NCBI GenBank assembly: GCA_964436385.1
Contig: CAYTCO010000003.1
Location: forward strand, 5,342 to 69,341
Length of the DNA stretch: 64,000 nt
Source: an uncultured Gammaproteobacteria bacterium
Lineage (GTDB): Bacteria > Patescibacteriota > Microgenomatia > Levybacterales > GWA1-39-11
Reading direction: 5' to 3'
Shown: piece by piece, positions 56,429 through 64,000 of the stretch
Layout: each line of letters opens with the position of its first letter
Position numbering within the stretch: position 1 is the first letter of the stretch
Notes under the pieces: model-generated
Told to the model about the DNA's origin: nothing
What the model saw: only the letters and a program-made list of their open reading frames with translations
Database searches by the model: none
Program-made: the position numbers and the translations under genes

Positions 56429-57696
56429 GGAAGAGTTGTAACTTTTGGTAGAGGAATAATAAATTTCCCTCCGTTTTTAATATATGTGGAATTTTTCTTG
56501 ATAATCTCATCAGCAAAAGACCATGCAAAGAGTAACACATAATCTGCTCTTTTTTTTGTAAGCAAGGTTCCCGATTTTACTATTTGCAAACGATTTCCAG
56601 GAGTATAGCGTCCTTGTTTCAGCGGTGAATCGTCAATCACTGCATCTAACAATTTATTATCAATCTTTGAGTATCCCATGACTGTATTTCCTCGTCCAGA
56701 AGCACCGTATCCAACAATCCTCTTATTGTTAGACTTTAACTTTTCAAGAAGTTTAATAAGGCTTTGTTTTTGTTTTTTCATCTGCAAATTATAGGAAATA
56801 TAAGTTTCAATTTTGGAGAGTCCCAGTTTTTTTTCATTTTCTAGAATACTAAAAATATTCCTAGTTTTTTTTCTGGGACCGTTTTTATGCTGAATATAGA
56901 ATCTGTAAGAACCAGCATGCATTGGAATTTCTTTTATGTCAAATAATTCAAGGCCGTAAAGTTTTAAAATTTCTATCATGGAACGCGCTGAGTAGTAGTA
57001 CAGATGTTCATGGTAAATCATGTCGTATTGAAATTCATTAATAATTTTTGCAAGACTATGTACCTCAATAATGCAAATACCTTTTTTGCTCAAGAGTATT
57101 TTGATGCCTTTATAAACGTCTGAAATATTTTCAATGTGAGCCATGGTATTCGAGCTTGCAATTACATCAGCTTTGCCATATCTTTCTACTATTTTCTTTG
57201 ATACGTTTAAGTTGAAGTAATCACATAAAAGGGGGACTCCTTTCTTTTTTTTTGGTTCCACTATATTTCTGGCAGGATCAACTCCAAGAGCATTAACCTT
57301 AGATTTGACTAGGGCTTGGATCAGCACCCCATCATTTGATCCAATTTCTACCACGAATTTTGGTTTTAAGCTGCTTATTTCTGTGGCGAGAAGTTTGAAA
57401 TGATTTGAAAGAGTTTTTATCTTTGATGAGGAATAATAATACTTTTCAAATAGAGTTGAAGCATTTATAACCTCGATGGTTTGAAGCATAAAACATTTTT
57501 TACAAAAACCAAGACTTAGGGGATAATAAAGCTCATTCCTGCCAAGATTCTTTTTTTCGAGAAAACCACCAGCAAGAGGCATCGTTCCAAGGCTAATTAC
57601 CGGTTGTATTTTGGAGTTACAAAAACGACATGACTCAAATTTTTTGTATTCTCCAATGAGTTTATATTGTTTATTCAAAATTCGATTTAGGTTCAT
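56425..57696 (-). CDS. NDP-hexose C-methyltransferase family (TylCIII-like), SAM-dependent
   Basis: It has an N-terminal Zn-binding CRFCNS...CKKC, a methyltransferase core (VVEIGSNDG), and a C-terminal second Rossmann-like domain. It is 423 aa. Confidence 0.55.
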   Translation of the reverse strand: MNLNRILNKQYKLIGEYKKFESCRFCNSKIQPVISLGTMPLAGGFLEKKNLGRNELYYPLSLGFCKKCFMLQTIEVINASTLFEKYYYSSSKIKTLSNHFKLLATEISSLKPKFVVEIGSNDGVLIQALVKSKVNALGVDPARNIVEPKKKKGVPLLCDYFNLNVSKKIVERYGKADVIASSNTMAHIENISDVYKGIKILLSKKGICIIEVHSLAKIINEFQYDMIYHEHLYYYSARSMIEILKLYGLELFDIKEIPMHAGSYRFYIQHKNGPRKKTRNIFSILENEKKLGLSKIETYISYNLQMKKQKQSLIKLLEKLKSNNKRIVGYGASGRGNTVMGYSKIDNKLLDAVIDDSPLKQGRYTPGNRLQIVKSGTLLTKKRADYVLLFAWSFADEIIKKNSTYIKNGGKFIIPLPKVTTLP

Positions 57697-57728
57697 TTAA
57701 AGCCAAAAAGTATACTATAATATAGTAC

Positions 57729-58055
57729 ATGTTAGGTCTTAATACAATGATTGCTATTTCGTTTTTTGTCCTTCTGATGACTCCCGTCTTGCTATCTTGG
57801 TTTGGAAAAACAGATAAGGTTAGAGTAATAAAATACATGCTTGCAGTATTTCTTCTTGAAGTTCTAATATTATTTTCAGTAAGGCCGGTTAGAGATTATT
57901 TTGATGGCCCAGATATTGCAAGTAAAAAAATTGTTGGATATACCCAGTACTTCCAATATCCTATGTATTTTGATTACTTTTTCTTTATGTGTTTGGTTTT
58001 AGCCCCAATAGCAGTGACAGTGGCTTTGTTTTTTTTAAAAATCAATAAGAAATGA
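57729..58055 (+). CDS. Small membrane protein (3 TM), hypothetical
   Basis: It is hydrophobic and overlaps the next gene by 4 bp. Confidence 0.35.
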   Translation: MLGLNTMIAISFFVLLMTPVLLSWFGKTDKVRVIKYMLAVFLLEVLILFSVRPVRDYFDGPDIASKKIVGYTQYFQYPMYFDYFFFMCLVLAPIAVTVALFFLKINKK

Positions 58056-59911
58056 TCAAGTTTGTTCAGAACAACAAAGATTCAATCCTGCTTTTTTGTT
58101 TACTTTTTTTGCTTTTCTTTCTAACTGATATTGATACCTGCTCTAAAATTTTAAGTCAAAAATTTGATTCCCAAATGATTCTTACATGGCAATACTCATT
58201 GGCAAAAGGTTACTTTCCAATTATTGATCTTTTCTATCCCTACGGTTTCTTTCAGTATTTTAAAGATTCCAGCATTACTCTTAGTGCAATAGCAGTTTTA
58301 GTAAAAGCGCTTTTGTTTGTATTTTTTTATATCGCCTTTAAAGCGGTCTTTAAAAGTAGAATTTTGTCTTTTATTTCATTTTCTTCTCTATTTATTTTTG
58401 TAACGACGGTATCATCAATTTCAGTTTTTGGTCGTTACGGTTTACTTTTGGCTTTTTCTTTGGCAGTTGGACTGTTACTTTTCAAGGGTTATGGAATCAG
58501 CGGACCTTTTAATTTTGTTGTAGGCGCTCTTGTCGGACTAATCTTTTATGTTCTTCCCGATCAGGCGTTTCTTGCTGTGGGAGTTTATGTTGCAATCATA
58601 ATATCTAATTTTTCTTTAAATTTTATTAAATCAGTTTCTTATTCTTTCTTGGGACTATTAGTATTTGTAATACCTTTTTTTGCAACCTTAATATATACAG
58701 ATAACTTTTTTTTGTACATAAATTCGTTTACTACACTTAAAGACATTTCATCCTTTGCAAAAATTCCCTTTCCTCCCGGTATTTTTACAAACGATAACGT
58801 TTTCACTATTCTTACTTTAACTCTATCAATTTCGGTTTTGTCTTACAGGATACTTATTCTAAAAATTAAGAAAACAATACATGATATCGCCCTTTTTGCT
58901 TCAGTAGTCCCATTAATCCTATTAGAGCAAAAAAATGTTCTCAGGTCTATTGATACCCAGTTAACTTTTTATGCAATTGTTTTAACTTTCATTCTTCTTG
59001 CATATTTTTTTGAAAAGAAAAAAGGGCTCTTTCCCGTTATTTATTTGTGCATTGTCAGTGTTTTTCTTATCTTCTTTGCGGGATTTAAAGTGAATAGCGG
59101 AGATCAAAGGATAAGTAGCTTTAGTTTATGTGTCGACCAAAACTTAAGAATAGTAAATTACAAAACGCACGAGAAAGTTTTAAGTAAAGTTAAACAGCTT
59201 GGGGGAGGGCAAGTATTTAGTTACCCGCAGGATCCCGTTTTTTATGTTCTAAATGATCAAAAACCACCATACTTTTTGTCTATTTATGAAGCCTCAACAT
59301 TTGAAGGTCAAGAGCTAAGAAAAAGCTACATAAAAGAAACTAAAATTGAATATGTAATTATTAATATGGACATCAAATCAACTCAAGACAATGTCCCGGA
59401 TTTCGTAAGGGCTAAGAATGAGTTGTCTTTTATACTTAATAACTACGAACCCATTACAAGTGTAGAGAATTTTCTAATCCTAAAAAAATCTAATAATGCA
59501 GACGTTTTTAAAAAGCAGTATTCTTCGACGTTTGCAAAATCTTTACTCGATGTTGATCTTGAATTAGTCCCATATGCTGAAGCAAGAGATAAATCTAAAT
59601 ATTTAAGAAAGAAAATTTATAGTGTAGTAGGGCTAAAAGAGTTGAATGAAAAACTCTCAAGCAGTGGTTTAAGTACTGTCGGAAAACAAATGCTTGTTAA
59701 AACTTTAAAGAACGGAGAACTTATCCTGACTTTTGAAACAAATGATGGCAATACTACCATTGTTAGAATGCTTGATTGCAGCAAGGGCTGCTTGGTCAAC
59801 TTGAACGGTATACCTCTTTTCTACAGAAATCGTGTCATAAGAGATATTGCATCAAATTTGAATTTAAGCGAAGTCACTTTCTTTGAAGAAAAGAACTCAA
59901 TTTTTTGGTAA
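58052..59911 (+). CDS. Polytopic membrane protein with C-terminal soluble domain (possible glycan polymerase / GT-C)
   Basis: It has about 10 TM helices and then a roughly 250-aa soluble domain. No motif was recognised. Confidence 0.3.
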   Translation: MIKFVQNNKDSILLFCLLFLLFFLTDIDTCSKILSQKFDSQMILTWQYSLAKGYFPIIDLFYPYGFFQYFKDSSITLSAIAVLVKALLFVFFYIAFKAVFKSRILSFISFSSLFIFVTTVSSISVFGRYGLLLAFSLAVGLLLFKGYGISGPFNFVVGALVGLIFYVLPDQAFLAVGVYVAIIISNFSLNFIKSVSYSFLGLLVFVIPFFATLIYTDNFFLYINSFTTLKDISSFAKIPFPPGIFTNDNVFTILTLTLSISVLSYRILILKIKKTIHDIALFASVVPLILLEQKNVLRSIDTQLTFYAIVLTFILLAYFFEKKKGLFPVIYLCIVSVFLIFFAGFKVNSGDQRISSFSLCVDQNLRIVNYKTHEKVLSKVKQLGGGQVFSYPQDPVFYVLNDQKPPYFLSIYEASTFEGQELRKSYIKETKIEYVIINMDIKSTQDNVPDFVRAKNELSFILNNYEPITSVENFLILKKSNNADVFKKQYSSTFAKSLLDVDLELVPYAEARDKSKYLRKKIYSVVGLKELNEKLSSSGLSTVGKQMLVKTLKNGELILTFETNDGNTTIVRMLDCSKGCLVNLNGIPLFYRNRVIRDIASNLNLSEVTFFEEKNSIFW

Positions 59912-60772
59912 TTTTCGACCAACGACAATCATTTCCCCCACATAAAAGGGTAAAATTGCTTCCCTAAAACTTTTCGGCATGATAGAGTGGATAGGCTTTG
60001 CTATCTTTGCAAATTCAGGCCCGAAATTATTAAGCATGTGGTAGACATAAGAGACAGGTAGCTTTTTCACATGATTTTTACTGACCACAATCTCAAATCC
60101 ATTTTTTTCAAGTAAAAGTTCTAGGGATTCACGAGAAAAAAGATGTATGTGTTCAACTGGGGCAAATGGAGGCCAATATTTCTTAAGTAAATTCGCTGGA
60201 AGACTTGAAGAATTTGGAGTCTGAATAAGCATAAGACTTCCAGGCTTCATAAGTTTGGAGCATTTCTTAAGTAATTTAGTTGGATCCTTTACGTGTTCGA
60301 TGAGTCCCAATAGCGATACTATGTCAAAATTATCTCCAGGAATTTCATCTGTCATTATGTCCGAGCTAAAAACCCTTTTTGGAAGTCTTTTCTTGGCGAT
60401 CTCAACCGCTTCGTCTTGAAGCTCAAGACCGGTAACTTTGTAACCAAGTTTTTTTAGCATCACCAAGAAGGTGCCAGTAAAACATCCGATATCAAGAACA
60501 GACATATTTGAAGGTTTTTGATTTTGATCGGCAACGATATTTGTTAGGATTTTGATAAAGTCCTTATATACGTTTCTGTACTCTTTGTCATACTTTAGAA
60601 GAAGGGAATAGTTACCGTTGAGAAATTTACGTAAATAATGCGCTTTAATAACTTTATTTGTAGGTAAAGGCAACGTTGAGACAAGCTTGCAAGATGAGCA
60701 TCTATAGTAACTATATTTTCGATACGAAAAGTATTTTGTTTGTTTTTTCTGGCAAACGTTACAAATAACCAT
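59897..60772 (-). CDS. Class I SAM-dependent methyltransferase with N-terminal Zn-ribbon
   Basis: It has CNVCQKK...CSSCK followed by VLDIGCFTGTF. Confidence 0.6.
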   Translation of the reverse strand: MVICNVCQKKQTKYFSYRKYSYYRCSSCKLVSTLPLPTNKVIKAHYLRKFLNGNYSLLLKYDKEYRNVYKDFIKILTNIVADQNQKPSNMSVLDIGCFTGTFLVMLKKLGYKVTGLELQDEAVEIAKKRLPKRVFSSDIMTDEIPGDNFDIVSLLGLIEHVKDPTKLLKKCSKLMKPGSLMLIQTPNSSSLPANLLKKYWPPFAPVEHIHLFSRESLELLLEKNGFEIVVSKNHVKKLPVSYVYHMLNNFGPEFAKIAKPIHSIMPKSFREAILPFYVGEMIVVGRKLPKN

Positions 60773-60846
60773 GTTTTTAAGAAATAAATATTAACACGTC
60801 ATTGCTTAGCTTGTAAAGAAGAGCTAAAATGAAAACTATCTAAAAA

Positions 60847-61545
60847 ATGAGTAGTTATAAAGGTACAAAAACTCTTGAAGTCCTTGAGGGGGCGGACAAC
60901 TACAACGCTTGGATTGCTGCAATGTTAAGGCCTCATATAAAAAGTCCAATTCTTGAGGTGGGAGCTGGAACTGGCAACATATCAAGTTTTTTTACAAATC
61001 ATAAAGCTCTTACCCTTACAGATATTGACGAATCACTAGTAAAGTATTTGTCAGTGAAGTTTAAGAACAAGAGAAATGTTCATTCTGAGGTGTTTGATAT
61101 TTCAAAAAATCTATCAAAAGTAAAAAACCAATTCAAAACAGTATACTCCGTAAATGTCCTCGAACACATTAAAGATGACAATCTCGCCCTAATTAACATG
61201 AATAAACTTCTCGTAAAGGATGGTAGGGTTGTTGTTTTAGTTCCTGCTAAGAAAAACGCTTTTAAGTCTTTAGATAAGCACCTAGGCCACTACAGGCGCT
61301 ACGAAAAGAAAGAGCTTGCGTTAAAAATAAAAAAAGCTGGGTTTGAGGTTGAAAGTATTGAATATTTCAATGTTTTAGGACTTCTGAGCTGGATAGTAAG
61401 AGACTTTATAAGTGGCGGGCATCCTCATTTAAAGCCAGACCAAGTAAAATTATTTGATTTCTTTGTACCTGTGTTAAGGGCAGTTGAACCTGGCAAAGGT
61501 CTTCCTTTTGGAATCTCCTTAATTGCAGTTGGAAAAAAGTTATAA
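60847..61545 (+). CDS. Class I SAM-dependent methyltransferase
   Basis: It has ILEVGAGTGNIS. The protein is 232 aa. Confidence 0.6.
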   Translation: MSSYKGTKTLEVLEGADNYNAWIAAMLRPHIKSPILEVGAGTGNISSFFTNHKALTLTDIDESLVKYLSVKFKNKRNVHSEVFDISKNLSKVKNQFKTVYSVNVLEHIKDDNLALINMNKLLVKDGRVVVLVPAKKNAFKSLDKHLGHYRRYEKKELALKIKKAGFEVESIEYFNVLGLLSWIVRDFISGGHPHLKPDQVKLFDFFVPVLRAVEPGKGLPFGISLIAVGKKL

Positions 61546-61553
61546 TATTACAA

Positions 61554-62294
61554 ATGGAAGAAAAATTGTCCGTAATAGTTCTAACTCATAATGATGAATT
61601 AAGGATTGTTGACTGCCTCGAGAATCTGACTTTTGCTGATGAGCTAATAATAATTGACGATAACTCCGAAGACAGGACCGTTGAGCTCTGCAAACAGTTT
61701 ACAAGAAATATTCACGTAAGACCGTTAAACTCGAATTTTTCAAATCAAAGAAATTTTGCGCTTAACCAAGCAAAGTCAAAATGGGTTCTTTTTATTGATT
61801 CAGATGAGCTTGTAAGTCCGGATCTTGCAAAAGAAATTGGTAACGTTATCAAGAAAAAAGAATTTGCTGGATATTTTCTTAAAAGGTATGATTTTATGTG
61901 GGGTAAAAAACTCAAATATGGGGAAGTAGGAAGTGTGAGGTTTATGAGGCTTGCAAGAAAGGAAAGCGGTAAATGGTACGGTAAGGTACACGAAACCTGG
62001 CGGGTTGTCGGCAGAACTTCCGAGCTTAACAATAGCTTGAAACACGTACCGCACTCAACAGTCTTTGATTTTGTGAAGGATATAGATGAGTACTCATCTC
62101 TTCGTTCTGAAGAGCAACGGGAGAAGGGCAAGAAGGCTTCAGCTTTTCAAATCGTAGCCTATCCCACAGCTAAGTTCATTCAAAACTATATTTTTAGACG
62201 TGGATATAAAGACGGCGTTGCCGGTTTTGTTTATGCAATGCTTATGAGTTTTCACTCCTTTCTCGTACGTGGTAAATTATTTTTGGAAAAGTAG
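61554..62294 (+). CDS. Family 2 glycosyltransferase
   Basis: It has LSVIVLTHNDE...IIIDDNSEDRT and a DxD region. Confidence 0.65.
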   Translation: MEEKLSVIVLTHNDELRIVDCLENLTFADELIIIDDNSEDRTVELCKQFTRNIHVRPLNSNFSNQRNFALNQAKSKWVLFIDSDELVSPDLAKEIGNVIKKKEFAGYFLKRYDFMWGKKLKYGEVGSVRFMRLARKESGKWYGKVHETWRVVGRTSELNNSLKHVPHSTVFDFVKDIDEYSSLRSEEQREKGKKASAFQIVAYPTAKFIQNYIFRRGYKDGVAGFVYAMLMSFHSFLVRGKLFLEK

Positions 62295-62340
62295 TATCTG
62301 CCCCCCAAGTTATGAATAAAAAGGCAATATTTTTTCTAGC

Positions 62341-63939
62341 GTGGAGTTTTTTGGTGCTCGTATTGTATATCGCGCACTTACTTTGCAGGAGGGGGATATG
62401 CTTGCTTTCTTAGGTCTTACGATAGGGTTTTATTCTTACTCTATTTTAATTATTGGGCTATTTGGTTTTCTTAGTTTCTACCCGGTTCTTTTTCTGACAT
62501 TTTTGTTCGCCCTGCCAGTACTTTACAGATTGAAATTCTACTTCCCTAGATTGACAAAATTCCAGTCTTTACTTCTTTTAATTATTCTATTAACAGCACT
62601 TGTCAATTTGGTTGGGGCGTTGGGTCCTGAGATTGCTTTCGATGCTCTTTGGTATCACTTAACAATTCCAAGGGTCTTTTTGATGAATGAGTCGGTTTTC
62701 TTTATTGAAGGTGGACTTTTCTATTACTCCTTGATGCCAAAACTTACTGAAATGCTTTACACAGCAGCTCTTTTGCTTTCAGGTGAAATAACAGCAAAAC
62801 TAATTCATTTTTCTTTCGGTCTTCTTACCTGCGCTGCCCTTTACAAGTTAGCTCGTGAATTTGTTTCAAAAAATTGGGCTATTTTGGCAGTTATTGTGTT
62901 CTACTCCAATTTAGTTGTGGCATGGCTATCCATTACCTCATATGTTGATCTCTCACGTGCTTTTTTTGAGACATTGGCATTATTATTTATGGTTAGATCC
63001 CAAAGGAAGGAATCTGTTCGAGATCTATACTCAAGCGCTGTTTTTGTGGGGTTTGCCATTTGCTCAAAGCTGATTTCGGTTTTGTCTTTACCTATTTACG
63101 CCATCTTACTAATTAAGTACGATAAAAAACAATTATTCACATTTCTTACTTTAGCCACCATTACAGCGCTTCCATGGTTTTTAGTCTCACTTTTTTATAC
63201 TGGAAATCCGATATATCCTCTCTTTTCCATACATTCTCCAAAATTACTTCATATAGAAAATTTTGAGCTTGTTTCTATATTTAAAAACTTACTTCAAATA
63301 TTTCTCTTTGCACCCGATCCCTTGAGCCCAATTTATCTAATTATTGCACCGTTTGGGATTGCACTTCTAAAAGTTAAAAAGTTTAGGCTTGTAATCACTT
63401 ACTGCTTAGGATCAATTTTGCTTTGGTACATAGCAACCTTCAGTGGTTTATGGCACGCAACCGACCAAGCGGGTAGCGCGCGCTTTATGACTGCCTACTT
63501 GCCGGCATTAAGTGTTCTTGTGGTAGGTGCTATTAGCCTCACTAAATCAAAATACATTCAAAGGATATCTATCGGGGTAATAATTGTAATTTCTCTGATA
63601 ACTATTTGCTACAGGGGTATTGCAAATGCCAGATTTCTTCCTGTAATCTTGGGCGCCGAATCTAGGGAGGAGTTCCTTTTAGAAAATCTTAATTTTGATT
63701 TTGGCGATTTTTATGACGAAAATAAAAATATTCAAAACATTGTAGGAGACAAGAAAGTGCTTATTCAAGGAATACATAACCTTTACTACGTTGACTTCAA
63801 TTTCACACTTTCTGATTGGAAAGATAGTCATGAAGCGCTATATTTACTTATTCGGGAAGACCCAGCCTTGCCCTCAAACGAAAAAGCGAATTTTATTTAC
63901 TCAAATCAAAAAACTAATGTTAAACTGTACCGACTATGA
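62341..63939 (+). CDS. GT-C fold membrane glycosyltransferase (PMT_2/ArnT-like)
   Basis: It is polytopic over 532 aa, with Asp in the first loop (EIAFDALWYH). It follows a GT2 gene. Confidence 0.4.
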   Translation: MEFFGARIVYRALTLQEGDMLAFLGLTIGFYSYSILIIGLFGFLSFYPVLFLTFLFALPVLYRLKFYFPRLTKFQSLLLLIILLTALVNLVGALGPEIAFDALWYHLTIPRVFLMNESVFFIEGGLFYYSLMPKLTEMLYTAALLLSGEITAKLIHFSFGLLTCAALYKLAREFVSKNWAILAVIVFYSNLVVAWLSITSYVDLSRAFFETLALLFMVRSQRKESVRDLYSSAVFVGFAICSKLISVLSLPIYAILLIKYDKKQLFTFLTLATITALPWFLVSLFYTGNPIYPLFSIHSPKLLHIENFELVSIFKNLLQIFLFAPDPLSPIYLIIAPFGIALLKVKKFRLVITYCLGSILLWYIATFSGLWHATDQAGSARFMTAYLPALSVLVVGAISLTKSKYIQRISIGVIIVISLITICYRGIANARFLPVILGAESREEFLLENLNFDFGDFYDENKNIQNIVGDKKVLIQGIHNLYYVDFNFTLSDWKDSHEALYLLIREDPALPSNEKANFIYSNQKTNVKLYRL

Positions 63940-64000
63940 AAAGACTACTTGAGGCGCTAGTCCTCGCTCTTCTCGTTATTTATCCGACAGGAGTTTTTCT
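63936..64000 (+). CDS. Start of a membrane protein gene (3'-truncated by the window)
   Basis: An ATG overlaps the upstream stop (ATGA). The first 21 aa, MKRLLEALVLALLVIYPTGVF, are hydrophobic. Confidence 0.2.
   Translation, partial: MKRLLEALVLALLVIYPTGVF

Noticed and set aside
1-64000. CRISPR arrays, rRNA genes, transposase/IS elements, reverse transcriptases.
   Set aside because: No regularly spaced direct repeats and no rRNA-like conserved stretches were seen. No ORF has DDE transposase, RT (YxDD) or Cas signatures.

Overview
This is a low-GC (about 35-38%), gene-dense bacterial chromosome segment with standard stop codons (TGA terminates ORFs). The compact genes, many GT-C/GT2 glycosylation enzymes, a eukaryote-like IleRS and a GlmU encoded as two genes are compatible with a CPR/Patescibacteria-like or other small-genome bacterium, but that is inference only.

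Layout:
(1) 1-11.5 kb is a non-canonical division/cell-wall (dcw) cluster: murE/F-like (5'-partial), murC, murA, two-gene GlmU-like pair, mraY, ftsW, murG, ftsQ-like, ftsA, ftsZ.
(2) About 11.6-18.7 kb, immediately downstream of ftsZ, is an approximately 7.1-kb integrated element flanked by an 11-bp direct repeat. It carries a class-1 OLD-family ATPase/Toprim nuclease, an operon of small membrane/secreted proteins of unknown function, a stand-alone FtsK gamma-domain protein, an XRE repressor and a Xer-like tyrosine recombinase. An AbrB/Doc toxin-antitoxin pair follows it.
(3) 19.4-27.6 kb holds EEP nuclease/phosphatase, YgjP-like hydrolase, YbaK deacylase, ArnC/ArnT-like glycosyltransferase pair, pseudouridine synthase, O-acyltransferase, and a DUF4258 protein next to a Cas4-like Fe-S nuclease with no CRISPR.
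(4) 27.9-33.9 kb is housekeeping: ileS, rodA, rplU, rpmA, parB, lepB.
(5) 34-64 kb is a large glycan-biosynthesis locus. It contains a GDP-D-glycero-D-manno-heptose pathway (gmhA, hddA, hddC, gmhB) with tailoring dehydratases and methyltransferases, a GT17-like enzyme, a UDP-2-acetamido-6-deoxyhexose-type module plus a TylCIII-like C-methyltransferase, a Wzx-like flippase, several GT2 + GT-C (ArnC/ArnT-like) pairs, and one fused GT2-GT-C protein.

I could not support any rRNA, tRNA or CRISPR array. The most novel-looking region is the ftsZ-proximal element that combines an OLD nuclease, a Xer-like recombinase, an FtsK gamma domain and the unknown membrane-protein operon.
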